A DNA stretch of 64,000 bases from Candidatus Thermosaccharophagus tengchongensis (GCA_032161105.1 JAVHTD010000005.1), one strand, 5' to 3'; numbered from the stretch's first letter, positions 48,775 to 59,279 are shown. Made by a program: numbers and translations. The notes: generated by a model not told the origin, from the sequence alone.

Positions 48775-49752
48775 TCAAGGAAGCGAAGGATAAGCTCCCA
48801 ATGATGGCAGGAAGCGCTCTAACAAATGTGCAAAAACACACAGTAGGATCAATAGAAAAACCGCCAACGCCGCCCTCCAAGTGTCCGTCCGATGCGCTGC
48901 AGCCAAACCGATAATTTCCAACACCGACATCCAAATTGGTGCGATAAACCAGCCGATGAAAGGAACAGCGGCGAAAATTTGCGGCGCATAAGCATAACAG
49001 GTGACACGAAGAGTCACTGTCACACCCCGATTTGCGCCGCCGAAAAGCATGAGAAACAGATGGATAATTAGCCCCACGATGGGAAGTAGAAACAGCGCAG
49101 GCAGCCAACCTAAGAGCAGTATAGCCCACAAGAGAAAGGGGAGTAGTAGAATGGAGACTGGCAGCACCATTGATGATAACGCAAATAGAGGACATAGATA
49201 CTGAGGTGAAACCAGGAGGACACTAACCCATCCGACCAACACCCCAAACGCCAAAGCGGGGCTGAGGTCTCGGCTATTGCCAACAGTCTGGAAGAATTCC
49301 CTTGGATGGAAACATGCCCTTACCCAAGTCTTAAATAACGCAGGGAAGAAGCCACCATACGCCTCTCTGTGTTCAAACGGTGGTGGAGCTACTGCAGGAA
49401 CTCGCCGCTGACATGCATTTACTAACGCTTGTAATTGTGCAGAGAAGGGATGTAAGGCAAGTCCCTGCAGATAGACCATCAGTGCTTTGTCAAACTGACC
49501 ACGCTTCTCAAAGAAGTTACCCACTTGTATGAAATTTTGTTCAGTTCCGGGCAATGCTTTGAGGTGTTCTAAAACTTTCTGGATGTCGCCGACTCGACAG
49601 TAGGCAGATATCAACCTCGCGCGAAGTCGCTTATCTGTGGGGTCTACCGTCAAGCCGTTCTCCCATGCCTGTATAGCATCCATTACCTTCCCCTGTTGCC
49701 AGTAAGCATCGCCAACCTGCAGAAATGCGTCCGCACTGCCCATCATGCTCAT
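48775..49752 (-). CDS. TPR plus YIP1-family membrane protein
   Basis: N-terminal TPR-like repeats; HPREFF followed by about five TM helices. Confidence 0.7.
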   Translation of the reverse strand: MSMMGSADAFLQVGDAYWQQGKVMDAIQAWENGLTVDPTDKRLRARLISAYCRVGDIQKVLEHLKALPGTEQNFIQVGNFFEKRGQFDKALMVYLQGLALHPFSAQLQALVNACQRRVPAVAPPPFEHREAYGGFFPALFKTWVRACFHPREFFQTVGNSRDLSPALAFGVLVGWVSVLLVSPQYLCPLFALSSMVLPVSILLLPFLLWAILLLGWLPALFLLPIVGLIIHLFLMLFGGANRGVTVTLRVTCYAYAPQIFAAVPFIGWFIAPIWMSVLEIIGLAAAHRTDTWRAALAVFLLILLCVFAHLLERFLPSLGAYPSLP

Positions 49753-49876
49753 CTTGACTCACCCCGTAAGGCATCCCAATATCTGCTTTTGAATAACTCC
49801 CCAAGCTTGAACCTGCAACCCAACCATCCTTACCTGGCAACTCATCTTGCAACCTCCAAGTCCTTTCGCTACCCCC

Positions 49877-50650
49877 TGCTTTGTTGAATGACCTCCAACA
49901 CTCTTAACTTTGTGATAACGCAACTGCACCCACCCGTCAAGCCTTAACCATAAGAGGTGGTAAGCCGCAATACACCTCTCACGCTATCGTGCTACAAACC
50001 CACATTCCATTTCAATCCCCTTCACCATCCTCTCGGCCTTCCTCTCTTCGCTCATCCCCTGCCTTCACTGTAACACCAGCCATAGGTTGTTCAGCACAGC
50101 AACGGCAAATGAATCAACAAGGGCACCCCCATCACCGCTAACTGTCAAGTTCCATCACGGCAAAACTTGAATTCCAGCACAGTCCATAGCATCCAAGCGT
50201 AGCGCATCTATGTCAACTTCAAGGGCTTGACCCTTGCAACGCTTATGCCAAAAACACATCCATCCTTTCATCACTCAACGGAATGGCACTTTCCGAAGCC
50301 ACTTCAATCCATGAGGATAGCAGTGACAGACGCTGACCCGGAAATTGGTTGCAGGTTCCTGTGAGAGGGGAAGTGGCAATTGTTGTGGATAGCACAGGGG
50401 TAAAGGTTACCGACAGAAGTGGATGGGAGGGAAGGGCTACATTAAGTCCGCGTTCAAGAGACTTGTTGAAGGGGCAGAGAGGGCGAGGGAGTTTAAGGGG
50501 ATGGTGAGGGAGGGAGATGAAGTGTGGATTTACAACACGATGGTTTGGATGAGAGGAGGCTTTGAGAGCTGCTTTCTGTGGTGGTTAAGGCTTTATAGGG
50601 AGAGTGTAGTTGCGTTATCATTAAGGTTTTGGAAGTCACTCAACAAAGCA
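49877..50650. mobile_element. Degenerate IS5-family (IS903-like) remnants in inverted orientation
   Basis: Ends TGCTTTGTTGAATGAC and GTCACTCAACAAAGCA (1 mismatch); transposase fragments VAIVVDSTGVKVTDR and SAFKRLVEGAERAREF; no intact ORF. Confidence 0.7.
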
Positions 50651-50691
50651 GTCGTGTGCATTCAATGCACCTATGTCATTTGCGCTGGCGC

Positions 50692-50720
50692 TTAACTTAA
50701 AGCACCATTTTCGCTATAAT
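50692..50720 (+). promoter_or_regulatory. Promoter of tRNA cluster
   Basis: TTAACT, 17 bp spacer, TATAAT; 12 bp before tRNA-Leu. Confidence 0.6.
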
Positions 50721-50732
50721 GAGTTGTGGGAT

Positions 50733-50822
50733 GCCGAGGTGGCGGAATTTGGCAGACGCGCTGGCTTGAGGGGCCAGTGGTCCGAAAGGACCGTGCGGGT
50801 TCGACTCCCGCCCTCGGCACCA
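50733..50822 (+). tRNA. tRNA-Leu(GAG)
   Basis: Cloverleaf with long variable arm; CTGGC-TTGAGGG-GCCAG anticodon arm; encoded CCA. Confidence 0.96.
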
Positions 50823-50848
50823 ATTGAAATTTGAATGGCGCTTTATCA

Positions 50849-50920
50849 GGGCGCGTAGCTCAGGGGGAGAGCGCTTGCTTCACAAGCAAGAGGTCCGAGG
50901 TTCAAATCCTCGCGCGCCCA
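50849..50920 (+). tRNA. tRNA-Val(CAC)
   Basis: GGGCGCG/CGCGCCC acceptor; CTTGC-TTCACAA-GCAAG anticodon arm; CCA not encoded. Confidence 0.95.
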
Positions 50921-50951
50921 CATGGTGAAAAGCAAAGGTGGTAGGTGTGGA

Positions 50952-51026
50952 GCGGCAGTAGCTCAGCGGAAGAGCGTCAGCTTCCCAAGCTGAAGGTCGC
51001 GGGTTCGAATCCCGTCTGCCGCTCCA
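50952..51026 (+). tRNA. tRNA-Gly(CCC)
   Basis: GCGGCAG/CTGCCGC acceptor; TCAGC-TTCCCAA-GCTGA anticodon arm; TCCA end. Confidence 0.96.
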
Positions 51027-51111
51027 AACATTGCATGCACTTTGATGAGGTTGCCTTGATGCAGCAGCTTGATGGAGATGCGCACAATCAGCTGTGTGAA
51101 TGGTAAACCGA

Positions 51112-51184
51112 GGCGGCGTAGCCAAGTGGCTAAGGCGGCGGATTGCAAATCCGCTATTCCCGGGTTCGAATCCCGGCGTCGCCT
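51112..51184 (+). tRNA. tRNA-Cys(GCA)
   Basis: GCGGA-TTGCAAA-TCCGC anticodon arm; U discriminator; CCA not encoded. Confidence 0.95.
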
Positions 51185-51295
51185 CTTTGTGTTTTTGAGT
51201 GAACGGCATTGCAATCGCTTGCGGGCGTTAGTTGATGCGTGGTTTGGCAGGCGAGTTTGTCCACACATACAGAGTTTGGTCGCTAACTCACCTAA

Positions 51296-51379
51296 GCCCG
51301 GGTGGCGGAATTGGCAGACGCTGAGGACTTAAAATCCTCTGCCCGAATGGGCGTGCGGGTTCGAGTCCCGCCCCGGGCA
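51296..51379 (+). tRNA. tRNA-Leu(TAA)
   Basis: GAGGA-CTTAAAA-TCCTC anticodon arm; long variable arm; CCA not encoded. Confidence 0.95.
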
Positions 51380-51528
51380 CTTGAAATTGATGAGCGCTCG
51401 TATCCTTCCGCGCATCGGTCACCGAGAGGTATATTTTGAAGCCGCGTGTTACAGCAATTGGGGATGGGAATGCGAATTACAGGCTGTGATTGAAGTCGGT
51501 TTTTACGGTTGTGGAATATGTCAGCTGC

Positions 51529-53817
51529 TTACCAAGCCCAAGTCTTTGACAGCTCGGCTTGCATTCTGCACAGCCGAGCGAAGAGACCATCCTTTTCCAT
51601 CAACTCCTCTGGTGTGCCAATTTCAACGACTTGCCCCCTGTCAAGGACGACCAACTTCCTCGCGTTTTTCAGGGTTGAGAAGCGGTGAGCGATTGCGATT
51701 GTGGTTCGCCCCTCAATTAGCCGTTCAATTGCTTCCCGTATCTTCGCCTCCGTTTCGGTGTCCACATTTGAAGTTGCCTCATCAAGGATGAGTATTGCCG
51801 GGTCGCGAAGCAACGCCCTCGCTATTGCAATCCTCTGCTTTTCACCGCCTGATAAGTGCGAGCCATGTTCGCCTACGATTGTATCGTATGCATACGGTGC
51901 CTTGCGTATGAACTCATGCGCGTTAGCCAGATATGCTGCTGCGATTATCTCCTCATGCGATGCATCTGGCTTACCGTAGGAGATGTTCTCGGCGATTGTG
52001 CCATTGAAGAGGTAAGTGTCTTGAAGGACAACACCGATGTGCCTTCTCAATGACTCAGGGCGCACGCTGCGCAGGTCATGTCCGTCAACATAGATGCATC
52101 CTTCATCTGGGTCATAGAATCGGCATATGAGGTTTATGAGCGTGCTCTTTCCTGCGCCAGTCGGGCCTACAAGTCCGATCATCTCCCCGGGTAATATCTC
52201 AAACGAGACCCCGTTTAAGGCTCTATTCACGCCATCGTAGCTGAAGCTCACATTTTCAATGACGATGTGCCCTTTAACCTCATCAAGCTCAATTGCATTT
52301 TCTGGGACTTCCATATCCGACTCGGTGTCAAGCACTTCAAAGATGCGCTCAGCTGCAGTTGCCGCATGCTGCAGCCTGTGCGTTATCCTTGCGAGGTTTT
52401 GCACAGGTGCATAGAAGCGCCACAGGTAACCCAAGAACGCAACCATTGTCCCAACCGACATTGAACCCTTGATGACCCAGTATCCGCCAAAGCCCCAAAT
52501 GCCCAAATAGCCGAGTGTCGTCACGAAGCCTATCGTCGGGAAGAAGATGGTCCAAAGGCGCGCCACACGGAGGCTCGCATTGAAGAGATCGTAGATGGTC
52601 TCGGTGAACCTTCGTATCTCGTTATGCTCCTGCACGAATGCCTTAATAACTCTCACTCCGGGCAGCTTGTCTGCAAGCAACGAAGTCACCTGCGCCCATC
52701 TTCGCCAAGTGCGGTGAAAGAGTGTCCTCACGCGCTTTCCAAATTGAATGGAGCTAATTGCCAGCAGCGGCATCGGTATTATCGTCACGATGGCGAGTTT
52801 GTAATCCAGCGTGAAGAGAATGATGCCGATGGCAATGCTAACAAGCGCATCCCTGGCTATGTCCTGCAACCCGCCGGTGAGAAAATCGTTGAGGCGATGT
52901 GTGTCATCGGTTATTCGTGAGATGATTCTGCCCGTGTCTCGCCTGTCAAAGAATGTAAGTGAGAGGCTGTGAATGTGCTCGTACAGTTTGCGGCGTATGT
53001 CAACGACGATTTTCTCACCGAGCCATGCCATGATGTAACCCCTGATTGCGCTGAGCAGAGCTGTGAGGGCATTGATGATCAAGATTGCGGCGGCGATCAC
53101 GATGAGCAATCTTACATCGCGCTGCGGGATCACCCTGTCCAAGAAGAGCTTCGCAAAGAGCGGTTGTATCGTCTCAAAAGCTGAAAGGATGAGCATGAGG
53201 ATAAATGTGAAGATGGCTATGTGCCAATATGGTCGGACGAACTCAAGCATGCGTATGAACGCTTTGCTTTTGCTCATGCACCTCGGGCATATGTCCCAAC
53301 GCGGGTGTATTGGGTTGCCGCAGCGCGGGCACAGCCCCATGCGGCGCATTAAAAGCCTTCTTCGTTGCCTCGCTGCGCGTTCATCCAACACCTGGGCTTC
53401 TTTCAACTTCCCCTCTTTTAGCATGCGCAATGCCCTGACAAGGCTTTCAACCTCTCTTCTGTGGCTGTGGCTGAAGCGCGCGAATGTGAAGCGCTTCCCA
53501 TTCATCGCCACATGCAACCTTATGTTGCCGATTAGCGCCTCAGTTGAGAGTCCATCAATCTCGTTCACCGGAAGCACATTGAGTTGTGGCTCTGAGGAAT
53601 CCGCGCCACCTTCTCCCCGCATGGTGATAAGGGCGAGATGGTTCTTTGTGAGGACAAGCCACCCTTCCGAATATCTCCCATCAAGCGTCAGGTCGCATTG
53701 CGCCACCGCCACCTTTTCCTCATCGCCAATTGCCCTCTCCAAAGCGCTTTGTGCCCATTCTGGCAGTTGTAAATTGGCACCTTCATCGGCATTCATCACT
53801 ACCACCACCAAACGCAA
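51529..53817 (-). CDS. ABC exporter (TMD+NBD) with N-terminal soluble extension and CxxC..CxxC ribbon
   Basis: GPTGAGKST, LSGGEKQR and ILDEAT motifs; CPRCGNP..CPRC before the TMD. Confidence 0.9.
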   Translation of the reverse strand: MRLVVVVMNADEGANLQLPEWAQSALERAIGDEEKVAVAQCDLTLDGRYSEGWLVLTKNHLALITMRGEGGADSSEPQLNVLPVNEIDGLSTEALIGNIRLHVAMNGKRFTFARFSHSHRREVESLVRALRMLKEGKLKEAQVLDERAARQRRRLLMRRMGLCPRCGNPIHPRWDICPRCMSKSKAFIRMLEFVRPYWHIAIFTFILMLILSAFETIQPLFAKLFLDRVIPQRDVRLLIVIAAAILIINALTALLSAIRGYIMAWLGEKIVVDIRRKLYEHIHSLSLTFFDRRDTGRIISRITDDTHRLNDFLTGGLQDIARDALVSIAIGIILFTLDYKLAIVTIIPMPLLAISSIQFGKRVRTLFHRTWRRWAQVTSLLADKLPGVRVIKAFVQEHNEIRRFTETIYDLFNASLRVARLWTIFFPTIGFVTTLGYLGIWGFGGYWVIKGSMSVGTMVAFLGYLWRFYAPVQNLARITHRLQHAATAAERIFEVLDTESDMEVPENAIELDEVKGHIVIENVSFSYDGVNRALNGVSFEILPGEMIGLVGPTGAGKSTLINLICRFYDPDEGCIYVDGHDLRSVRPESLRRHIGVVLQDTYLFNGTIAENISYGKPDASHEEIIAAAYLANAHEFIRKAPYAYDTIVGEHGSHLSGGEKQRIAIARALLRDPAILILDEATSNVDTETEAKIREAIERLIEGRTTIAIAHRFSTLKNARKLVVLDRGQVVEIGTPEELMEKDGLFARLCRMQAELSKTWAW

Positions 53818-53981
53818 CTTATTGCCCTCGTTATGGCATCATTATCTTAGACGCACCCGAATGGGCAGCCATGCAAATTGGCTGCTCATGTTCAGACTCG
53901 GCTTTAGCCGTTCAAGCATTGAGTATGCGACAAATGGTGTGGACAGGCTAATGCTCACGGGAGGGGGACACTCCACCATCA

Positions 53982-54587
53982 ATGAAGAGGCTCGGGATAA
54001 TGGGAGGGACATTTGACCCAATACATATGGCTCACCTCCTTGCAGCTGAGGAGGCGCGTTTCAGGTTCAACCTTGATAAGGTTGTGTTTGTGCCGTGCGG
54101 CGTGCCGGTGCACAAGAAGCCGTATGAGGTCACGCCAGCCGAACACAGGTATGCAATGGTGCTCCTCGCCACAACCGGGAACCCGCACTTTGAGGTCTCT
54201 CGGATTGAGATAGAAAGACAGGGTCCATCATATGCAATTGATACCGTGAGGGCGTTCAAGCGGCTTTATGGTAATGGCGTGACGCTTTTCTTCATCACTG
54301 GTGCTGATGCAGTTCTTGAAATACTGACATGGAGGGATGCTGACAAGCTCGTAGAGTTGTGCAGGTTCATTGCGGTGACTCGCCCGGGATATGACCTCTC
54401 AAAGCTTGAGGAGGTTCTTGGGGAGAGGTATGCAAGTGCAATTGATGTTTTGCACATACCAGAGATGGACATCTCCTCAACCAAGATAAGGGAAAGGGTG
54501 CGCAACGGTGAGCCAATACGATACATGGTTCCCGATGCGGTATATGATTACATCATGCGCCATGGGCTTTACAGGGATAAGCGATAA
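53982..54587 (+). CDS. nadD: Nicotinate-nucleotide adenylyltransferase
   Basis: GGTFDPIHMAH, FITGAD and ISSTKIR motifs. Confidence 0.95.
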   Translation: MKRLGIMGGTFDPIHMAHLLAAEEARFRFNLDKVVFVPCGVPVHKKPYEVTPAEHRYAMVLLATTGNPHFEVSRIEIERQGPSYAIDTVRAFKRLYGNGVTLFFITGADAVLEILTWRDADKLVELCRFIAVTRPGYDLSKLEEVLGERYASAIDVLHIPEMDISSTKIRERVRNGEPIRYMVPDAVYDYIMRHGLYRDKR

Positions 54588-54624
54588 CAGATGCACCGCC
54601 TGCTGGAGGTGAGATGGCTTCTCC

Positions 54625-55041
54625 GTGAATGAGCTTGTGTTGGACATCTGCAAGGTAGCCGATGAGAAACATGGAAGCGACATACTCGTCATGGAGATTG
54701 CCCACCTGCTGCCCATCACAAGTTACTTTGTGTTGGTCACATGTGAGAACCCCATACACATCGGTGCGTTGGCTGAAGAGCTTGAGGAACGGATGGAGGA
54801 GAAGTGGAAGATAAGGGTGATGAGGGAGGGTGAGCCTGAGTCACGGTGGGTCATACTTGACTTCGGCGATGTCATCGTGCACCTCTTTGATGGTGAGATG
54901 CGCCAATACTACGACCTTGAGGGGCTGTGGGCTGATGCGCCAATGATGAAGTGGGATGGAAAACTCGTTGAGTGGGGGCGCTTTAAACGCCCACCGAGAG
55001 AGGCGGGGCATGTGAAGGGAAGGCGAAGGAAGCGGGAGTAG
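54625..55041 (+). CDS. rsfS: Ribosome silencing factor (Iojap)
   Basis: WVILDFGDVIVHLF..RQYYDLEGLW motif; follows nadD. Confidence 0.93.
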   Translation: MNELVLDICKVADEKHGSDILVMEIAHLLPITSYFVLVTCENPIHIGALAEELEERMEEKWKIRVMREGEPESRWVILDFGDVIVHLFDGEMRQYYDLEGLWADAPMMKWDGKLVEWGRFKRPPREAGHVKGRRRKRE

Positions 55042-55076
55042 ACGGATGCAGCAATTGCGGCATCACTCAAAAGAGC

Positions 55077-55994
55077 ATGGGGGTGATTTCTGTGCGAGGC
55101 GTGGAATTGGGTAGGCTGATAACAGCCATGATCACGCCGTTCAACGATGACATGAGCGTCAACTATGAGGAGGCGAAGAGGCTGGCATCACATGTGGTTG
55201 AGACCGGTTCGGATGGCGTTCTTGTGGCTGGCACGACTGGCGAATCACCAACGCTCACCGATGAGGAGAAGATAAACCTTTTTAGAGCTGTGAAGGAAGC
55301 CGTTGGTGATAGGGCTAAGGTGATAGCAGGAACGGGCAACTACTGCACGAGGGAGAGCATTGAGTTAACGAGGAGAGCCGAAGAAGTTGGTGTGGATGCC
55401 ATCCTCCTCGTCTGTCCATATTACAATCGTCCGTCACAGGAGGGTTTGTATAGGCACTTTCGCTCGGTCGCCGAAGCAACATCGCTCCCAGTCATACTCT
55501 ACAACATACCGAGCCGCACGGGGAGGAACATTGAACCCGAGACCGTGATAAGGCTGGCAAATGATGTCCCGAACATCGTTGGGATAAAGGAAGCAAGCGG
55601 GGATATGAAGCAGGTGGCGAGGATATATGCGGGTGTTCCGGAGAGGTTTGCCATATGGAGCGGCAACGATGAGGATACGATACACATACTCACTCTTGGT
55701 GGTGTCGGTGTCATTTCAGTGGCTTCGCACATTGTCGGCAGCGACCTCAAGCGCATGATTGAATCATTCCTGAGCGGCGATGTGGCGACGGCAAGGGAGA
55801 TACACCTAAACCTGATGCCATTGATAAGGGCTCTCTTCCCGCCGACATCCTCAAATCCATCACCCATCAAGGCGGCTTTAAATATGCTCGGATTCAAAGC
55901 CGGACCACCAAGACTGCCTCTTGTTGAGGTGACAGAGAAGGAGGCAGAGGAAATAAAGCGGCAGCTTGTTCGCCTCGGCAAACTCCCATCTTGA
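55077..55994 (+). CDS. dapA: 4-hydroxy-tetrahydrodipicolinate synthase
   Basis: TAMITPF, GTTGESPTL, PYYNRP, YNIPSRT and GIKEASG motifs. Confidence 0.95.
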   Translation: MGVISVRGVELGRLITAMITPFNDDMSVNYEEAKRLASHVVETGSDGVLVAGTTGESPTLTDEEKINLFRAVKEAVGDRAKVIAGTGNYCTRESIELTRRAEEVGVDAILLVCPYYNRPSQEGLYRHFRSVAEATSLPVILYNIPSRTGRNIEPETVIRLANDVPNIVGIKEASGDMKQVARIYAGVPERFAIWSGNDEDTIHILTLGGVGVISVASHIVGSDLKRMIESFLSGDVATAREIHLNLMPLIRALFPPTSSNPSPIKAALNMLGFKAGPPRLPLVEVTEKEAEEIKRQLVRLGKLPS

Positions 55995-56111
55995 AGCTTG
56001 GATAGCATTGAATGGCGTAGAGCTGTTGGGCATGGTTGGATATGCGTGCCTTTTCTGTGTGACGGATTATGTGCGGTCGGCTCCTACATCTCAACATTGG
56101 AGGGAGCGAGG

Positions 56112-57338
56112 ATGAGGTTTGAGGTGGCGGCTGGTCCATACATGCGCGAGATTGTGCCGATCGAAATCCCTTTGCCGGATGATATCGCAAAGCGGGTTAG
56201 TGACGCATCGCAGCAATTTGGTGAGCCGTGTGAGGAGTTGGTTGATGGATTGAGGAAGATCGGCGTTGGGGAGTTTACCGGCACAGTCCCAGTGAGGATA
56301 GGTGAGGGCAGGGGGGAAAGCATCCTCCCAATGCAGGTTGAGAGAAGACCTGATGGCAGCGTTGGTATGCTCATCCTGCCGCGCGTTGAGCCAAACAGCA
56401 CGGTGAGCATTGCTTTGGCAGAGGAGTGCATTGTTGCCCATCCAGTTTCGTTCAACTGCATTGATAGCGAATGCAGAGTTGAGGTGGCAATTGGCGGCAA
56501 GAGTTTTACGGCGTATCAGTATTCGGAAAAGTTCGTCCGACCGTTCCTATACCCTGTCGTCGGACCATTTGGGAAACACATGACGAGAGAACTTGAGGGC
56601 GATCCAGCCAAGGGGTTTGACCATGTGCATCATCGTTCGCTATACACGGCGTGGGGAGATGTCAACGGCATTGATGTGTGGAGTGAGCAGGGCGCGCACG
56701 GTTATGTGCGCCATCATTGCCTCATCGGATACTCATCGGGCGATGTCTGCAACAGGCTATGCGCTCATGCCACATGGACTGATAACTCTGGGACGCCGCT
56801 GATGGAACAGGTGACATGCTATCAATTCTATGGCACGCCGGATAGCCACAGGTTGGTTGATATTACAATCGCCTTTCACGCAAAGCATGGCGATGTGCGC
56901 TTCGGTGACACGAAGGAGGGCGGAATAATCTCGGTGAGGGTTTACCCAACGATGACAGTCCTCACGGGTGGCAGGCTTGAAAATTCATACGGGGCAGTTA
57001 ACGAAGCGCATGTGTGGGGAAGAAGGGCGCACTGGTGCGATTATTCTGGACCGGTTGATGGAGTATGGGTTGGGATAGCCATATTTGATCATCCGAGGAA
57101 TTTACGCCATCCAACATACTGGCATGCCCGTGACTATGGTTTGATGACGGCAAACCCGTTCGGGCTCTCGGCGTTCCTCGGGAGTGGATACGACGGCAGC
57201 TACGCGCTCTCAAGTGGTCAGTGGCTCATCTTCCGATACAGGGTTTACTTGCATGTTGGGGATGCGTCCGTTGGCAGAGTGAAAGAACACTACCTCAACT
57301 ATGTTGCGCCGCCGGCTGTCAGGGTAGTTGAAGCGTGA
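56112..57338 (+). CDS. PmoA-like / DUF6807 family protein of unknown function
   Basis: RPFLYPV, DHVHHRSL, FGDTKEGG and FDHPRN..WHARDYGLMTANPFG motifs. Confidence 0.7.
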   Translation: MRFEVAAGPYMREIVPIEIPLPDDIAKRVSDASQQFGEPCEELVDGLRKIGVGEFTGTVPVRIGEGRGESILPMQVERRPDGSVGMLILPRVEPNSTVSIALAEECIVAHPVSFNCIDSECRVEVAIGGKSFTAYQYSEKFVRPFLYPVVGPFGKHMTRELEGDPAKGFDHVHHRSLYTAWGDVNGIDVWSEQGAHGYVRHHCLIGYSSGDVCNRLCAHATWTDNSGTPLMEQVTCYQFYGTPDSHRLVDITIAFHAKHGDVRFGDTKEGGIISVRVYPTMTVLTGGRLENSYGAVNEAHVWGRRAHWCDYSGPVDGVWVGIAIFDHPRNLRHPTYWHARDYGLMTANPFGLSAFLGSGYDGSYALSSGQWLIFRYRVYLHVGDASVGRVKEHYLNYVAPPAVRVVEA

Positions 57339-57359
57339 TTTGTGAGGGGTGACTTTTGA

Positions 57360-59279
57360 ATGGCATCGTTGCTTGAGCGCATTCGCCAACCGCAGGACTT
57401 GAAAGGGTTGTCACAGGGCGAGCTTGAGAAGCTCGCTGCCGAGCTGCGTGAGGTCATAATCCGAACCGTCTCAAGGGTTGGGGGTCATCTTGCACCGGCG
57501 CTCGGTGCCGTTGAAATCGCAATAGCAGTGCACGCAACATTGAACAGTCCGAAGGACAAAATCATCTGGGACACTGGTCATCAGGCATACGCGCACAAAC
57601 TCCTGACCGGGCGGTATGAGCGCTTTCATACGCTCAGGCAATATGGCGGTATCTCCGGCTTCCTGAGGAGGGATGAGAGTGAACATGATGTCTGGGGTGC
57701 TGGGCATGCCGGGACCGGTTTATCAGCAGCAATGGGTTTTGCGGTTGCGAATAAACTGCGCGGCGACGATGAGACGGTGCTCGTTATCGTCGGTGATGGC
57801 GCACTGCAGGAGGGGATGGCATGGGAGGCGCTCCACAACATAGGAGATAGCAAGCTCAGCATAATCGTCATCTTGAACGATAACGCAATGGCGATAGCAC
57901 CATCGGTTGGCGCCCTTGAAAAGTATCTCCGCAAGCTGCGTTCGTCACCACCATACCTCAAGTTGAAGGAGATGCTTGAAAGCGCCCTGCTGAAGCTCCC
58001 CAAGGGGCAAGTGCTCGTTGATGTGATTGAGAGGTGGAAGGATTCAGTCAAGCACATGATCATTCCGCCGGGCATGATATTTGAGGAGTTGGGATTCACA
58101 TACCTCGGTCCGATAAATGGGCACAGCATACCAACAGTGATGGAGGCGATAAGGGAAGCTAAGACCATCGGCGGTCCGGTCATAATACACGCGCTCACCA
58201 AAAAGGGGCGCGGATACGAGCCGGCAGAAAGGGATCCGTGTAAGTATCATTCGGTTCCGCCATTTGATGTGGGCACTGGTGAACCGACGGTATCAAGCCA
58301 TAAGCGCACTTACACATCCATCTTCAGTGACACTTTGATAAGGCTCGCTGAAGCTGACAAGCGCATCGTTGCTATAACCGCAGCGATGCCTGACGGAACC
58401 GGCTTGCGAAAGTTCTCCGAGCGCTTCCCGGAGCGCTATTTTGATGTTGGGATGGCGGAGCAGCATGCGGTGACATTTGCAGCATCGCTTGCCCTCAGCG
58501 GCTTCAAGCCGGTTGTGGCAATCTATTCCACATTCCTTCAAAGAGCCTTTGACCAAATAATCCACGATGTGTGCCTGCAAAGGGCTCATGTCGTGTTCGC
58601 TATTGACAGGGCGGGTCTCGTCGGCGAGGATGGACAAACGCATCACGGCACATTTGATATGGCGTTCCTGCGCATGATGCCCAACATGGTGATCATGATG
58701 CCGAAGGATGAGAATGAACTCCAACACATGCTATTCACAGCCATCCTCCACGACGGTCCGATCGCCATACGCTACCCAAAGGGGGAAAGTGTCGGAGTTG
58801 AACTGGATGAGCAGCTCCACCCAATTGAGATAGGCAGGGGAGAAGTGATCACGGAGGGACGGGATGCAACCATCATCGCCATAGGCGACTTGGTATATCG
58901 CTCGCTTGAGGCGTCAAATATATTGCGCCAAAGGTTCGGATACGATGTCGGCGTGGTGAATGCTCGCTTCGTCAAGCCGCTTGATATGGAGCTGATAAGA
59001 AAGGCGGCTGAGGCAACCGGGCGGATAGTCACAGTTGAGGAACATTGCTTGGACGGCGGCTTTGGGAGTGCAGTCCTTGAGGCGTTGAACGAATGTCAGC
59101 TTGCACATGTCAAAATATTGCGCATCGGAATCCGAGATCAATTTGTTGAACACGGAGATGTGAAAGTGCTGCGGAGGGAACTTTCCCTTGATGCTGAGGG
59201 CATAGCTAACTCCATCGCCGAATGGCTCACATTGCAGAGAGCTGTTTCAAGACCGATGGCAGCATTGGGAGCAGAATGA
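57360..59279 (+). CDS. dxs: 1-deoxy-D-xylulose-5-phosphate synthase
   Basis: GGHLA, WDTGHQAYAHK, GDGA..NDN, AEQHAVT, YSTFLQR and DRAGLVGEDG motifs. Confidence 0.97.
   Translation: MASLLERIRQPQDLKGLSQGELEKLAAELREVIIRTVSRVGGHLAPALGAVEIAIAVHATLNSPKDKIIWDTGHQAYAHKLLTGRYERFHTLRQYGGISGFLRRDESEHDVWGAGHAGTGLSAAMGFAVANKLRGDDETVLVIVGDGALQEGMAWEALHNIGDSKLSIIVILNDNAMAIAPSVGALEKYLRKLRSSPPYLKLKEMLESALLKLPKGQVLVDVIERWKDSVKHMIIPPGMIFEELGFTYLGPINGHSIPTVMEAIREAKTIGGPVIIHALTKKGRGYEPAERDPCKYHSVPPFDVGTGEPTVSSHKRTYTSIFSDTLIRLAEADKRIVAITAAMPDGTGLRKFSERFPERYFDVGMAEQHAVTFAASLALSGFKPVVAIYSTFLQRAFDQIIHDVCLQRAHVVFAIDRAGLVGEDGQTHHGTFDMAFLRMMPNMVIMMPKDENELQHMLFTAILHDGPIAIRYPKGESVGVELDEQLHPIEIGRGEVITEGRDATIIAIGDLVYRSLEASNILRQRFGYDVGVVNARFVKPLDMELIRKAAEATGRIVTVEEHCLDGGFGSAVLEALNECQLAHVKILRIGIRDQFVEHGDVKVLRRELSLDAEGIANSIAEWLTLQRAVSRPMAALGAE

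Noticed and set aside
50423..50695. 90-aa ORF as an intact gene
   Set aside because: It is a fragment of the decayed transposase C-terminus reading through the inverted repeat.
50880..51332. ORFs 50880..51209, 50963..51268 and 51069..51332
   Set aside because: They overlap tRNA genes and are spurious.
53063..54016. Long alternative ORFs such as 53063..54016 and 7546..8445
   Set aside because: Antisense to well-supported genes, Ser-rich shadow composition, no motifs.
56112..57338. Particulate methane monooxygenase
   Set aside because: Soluble beta-rich protein with no pmoB/pmoC nearby; the PmoA family label does not imply methanotrophy.
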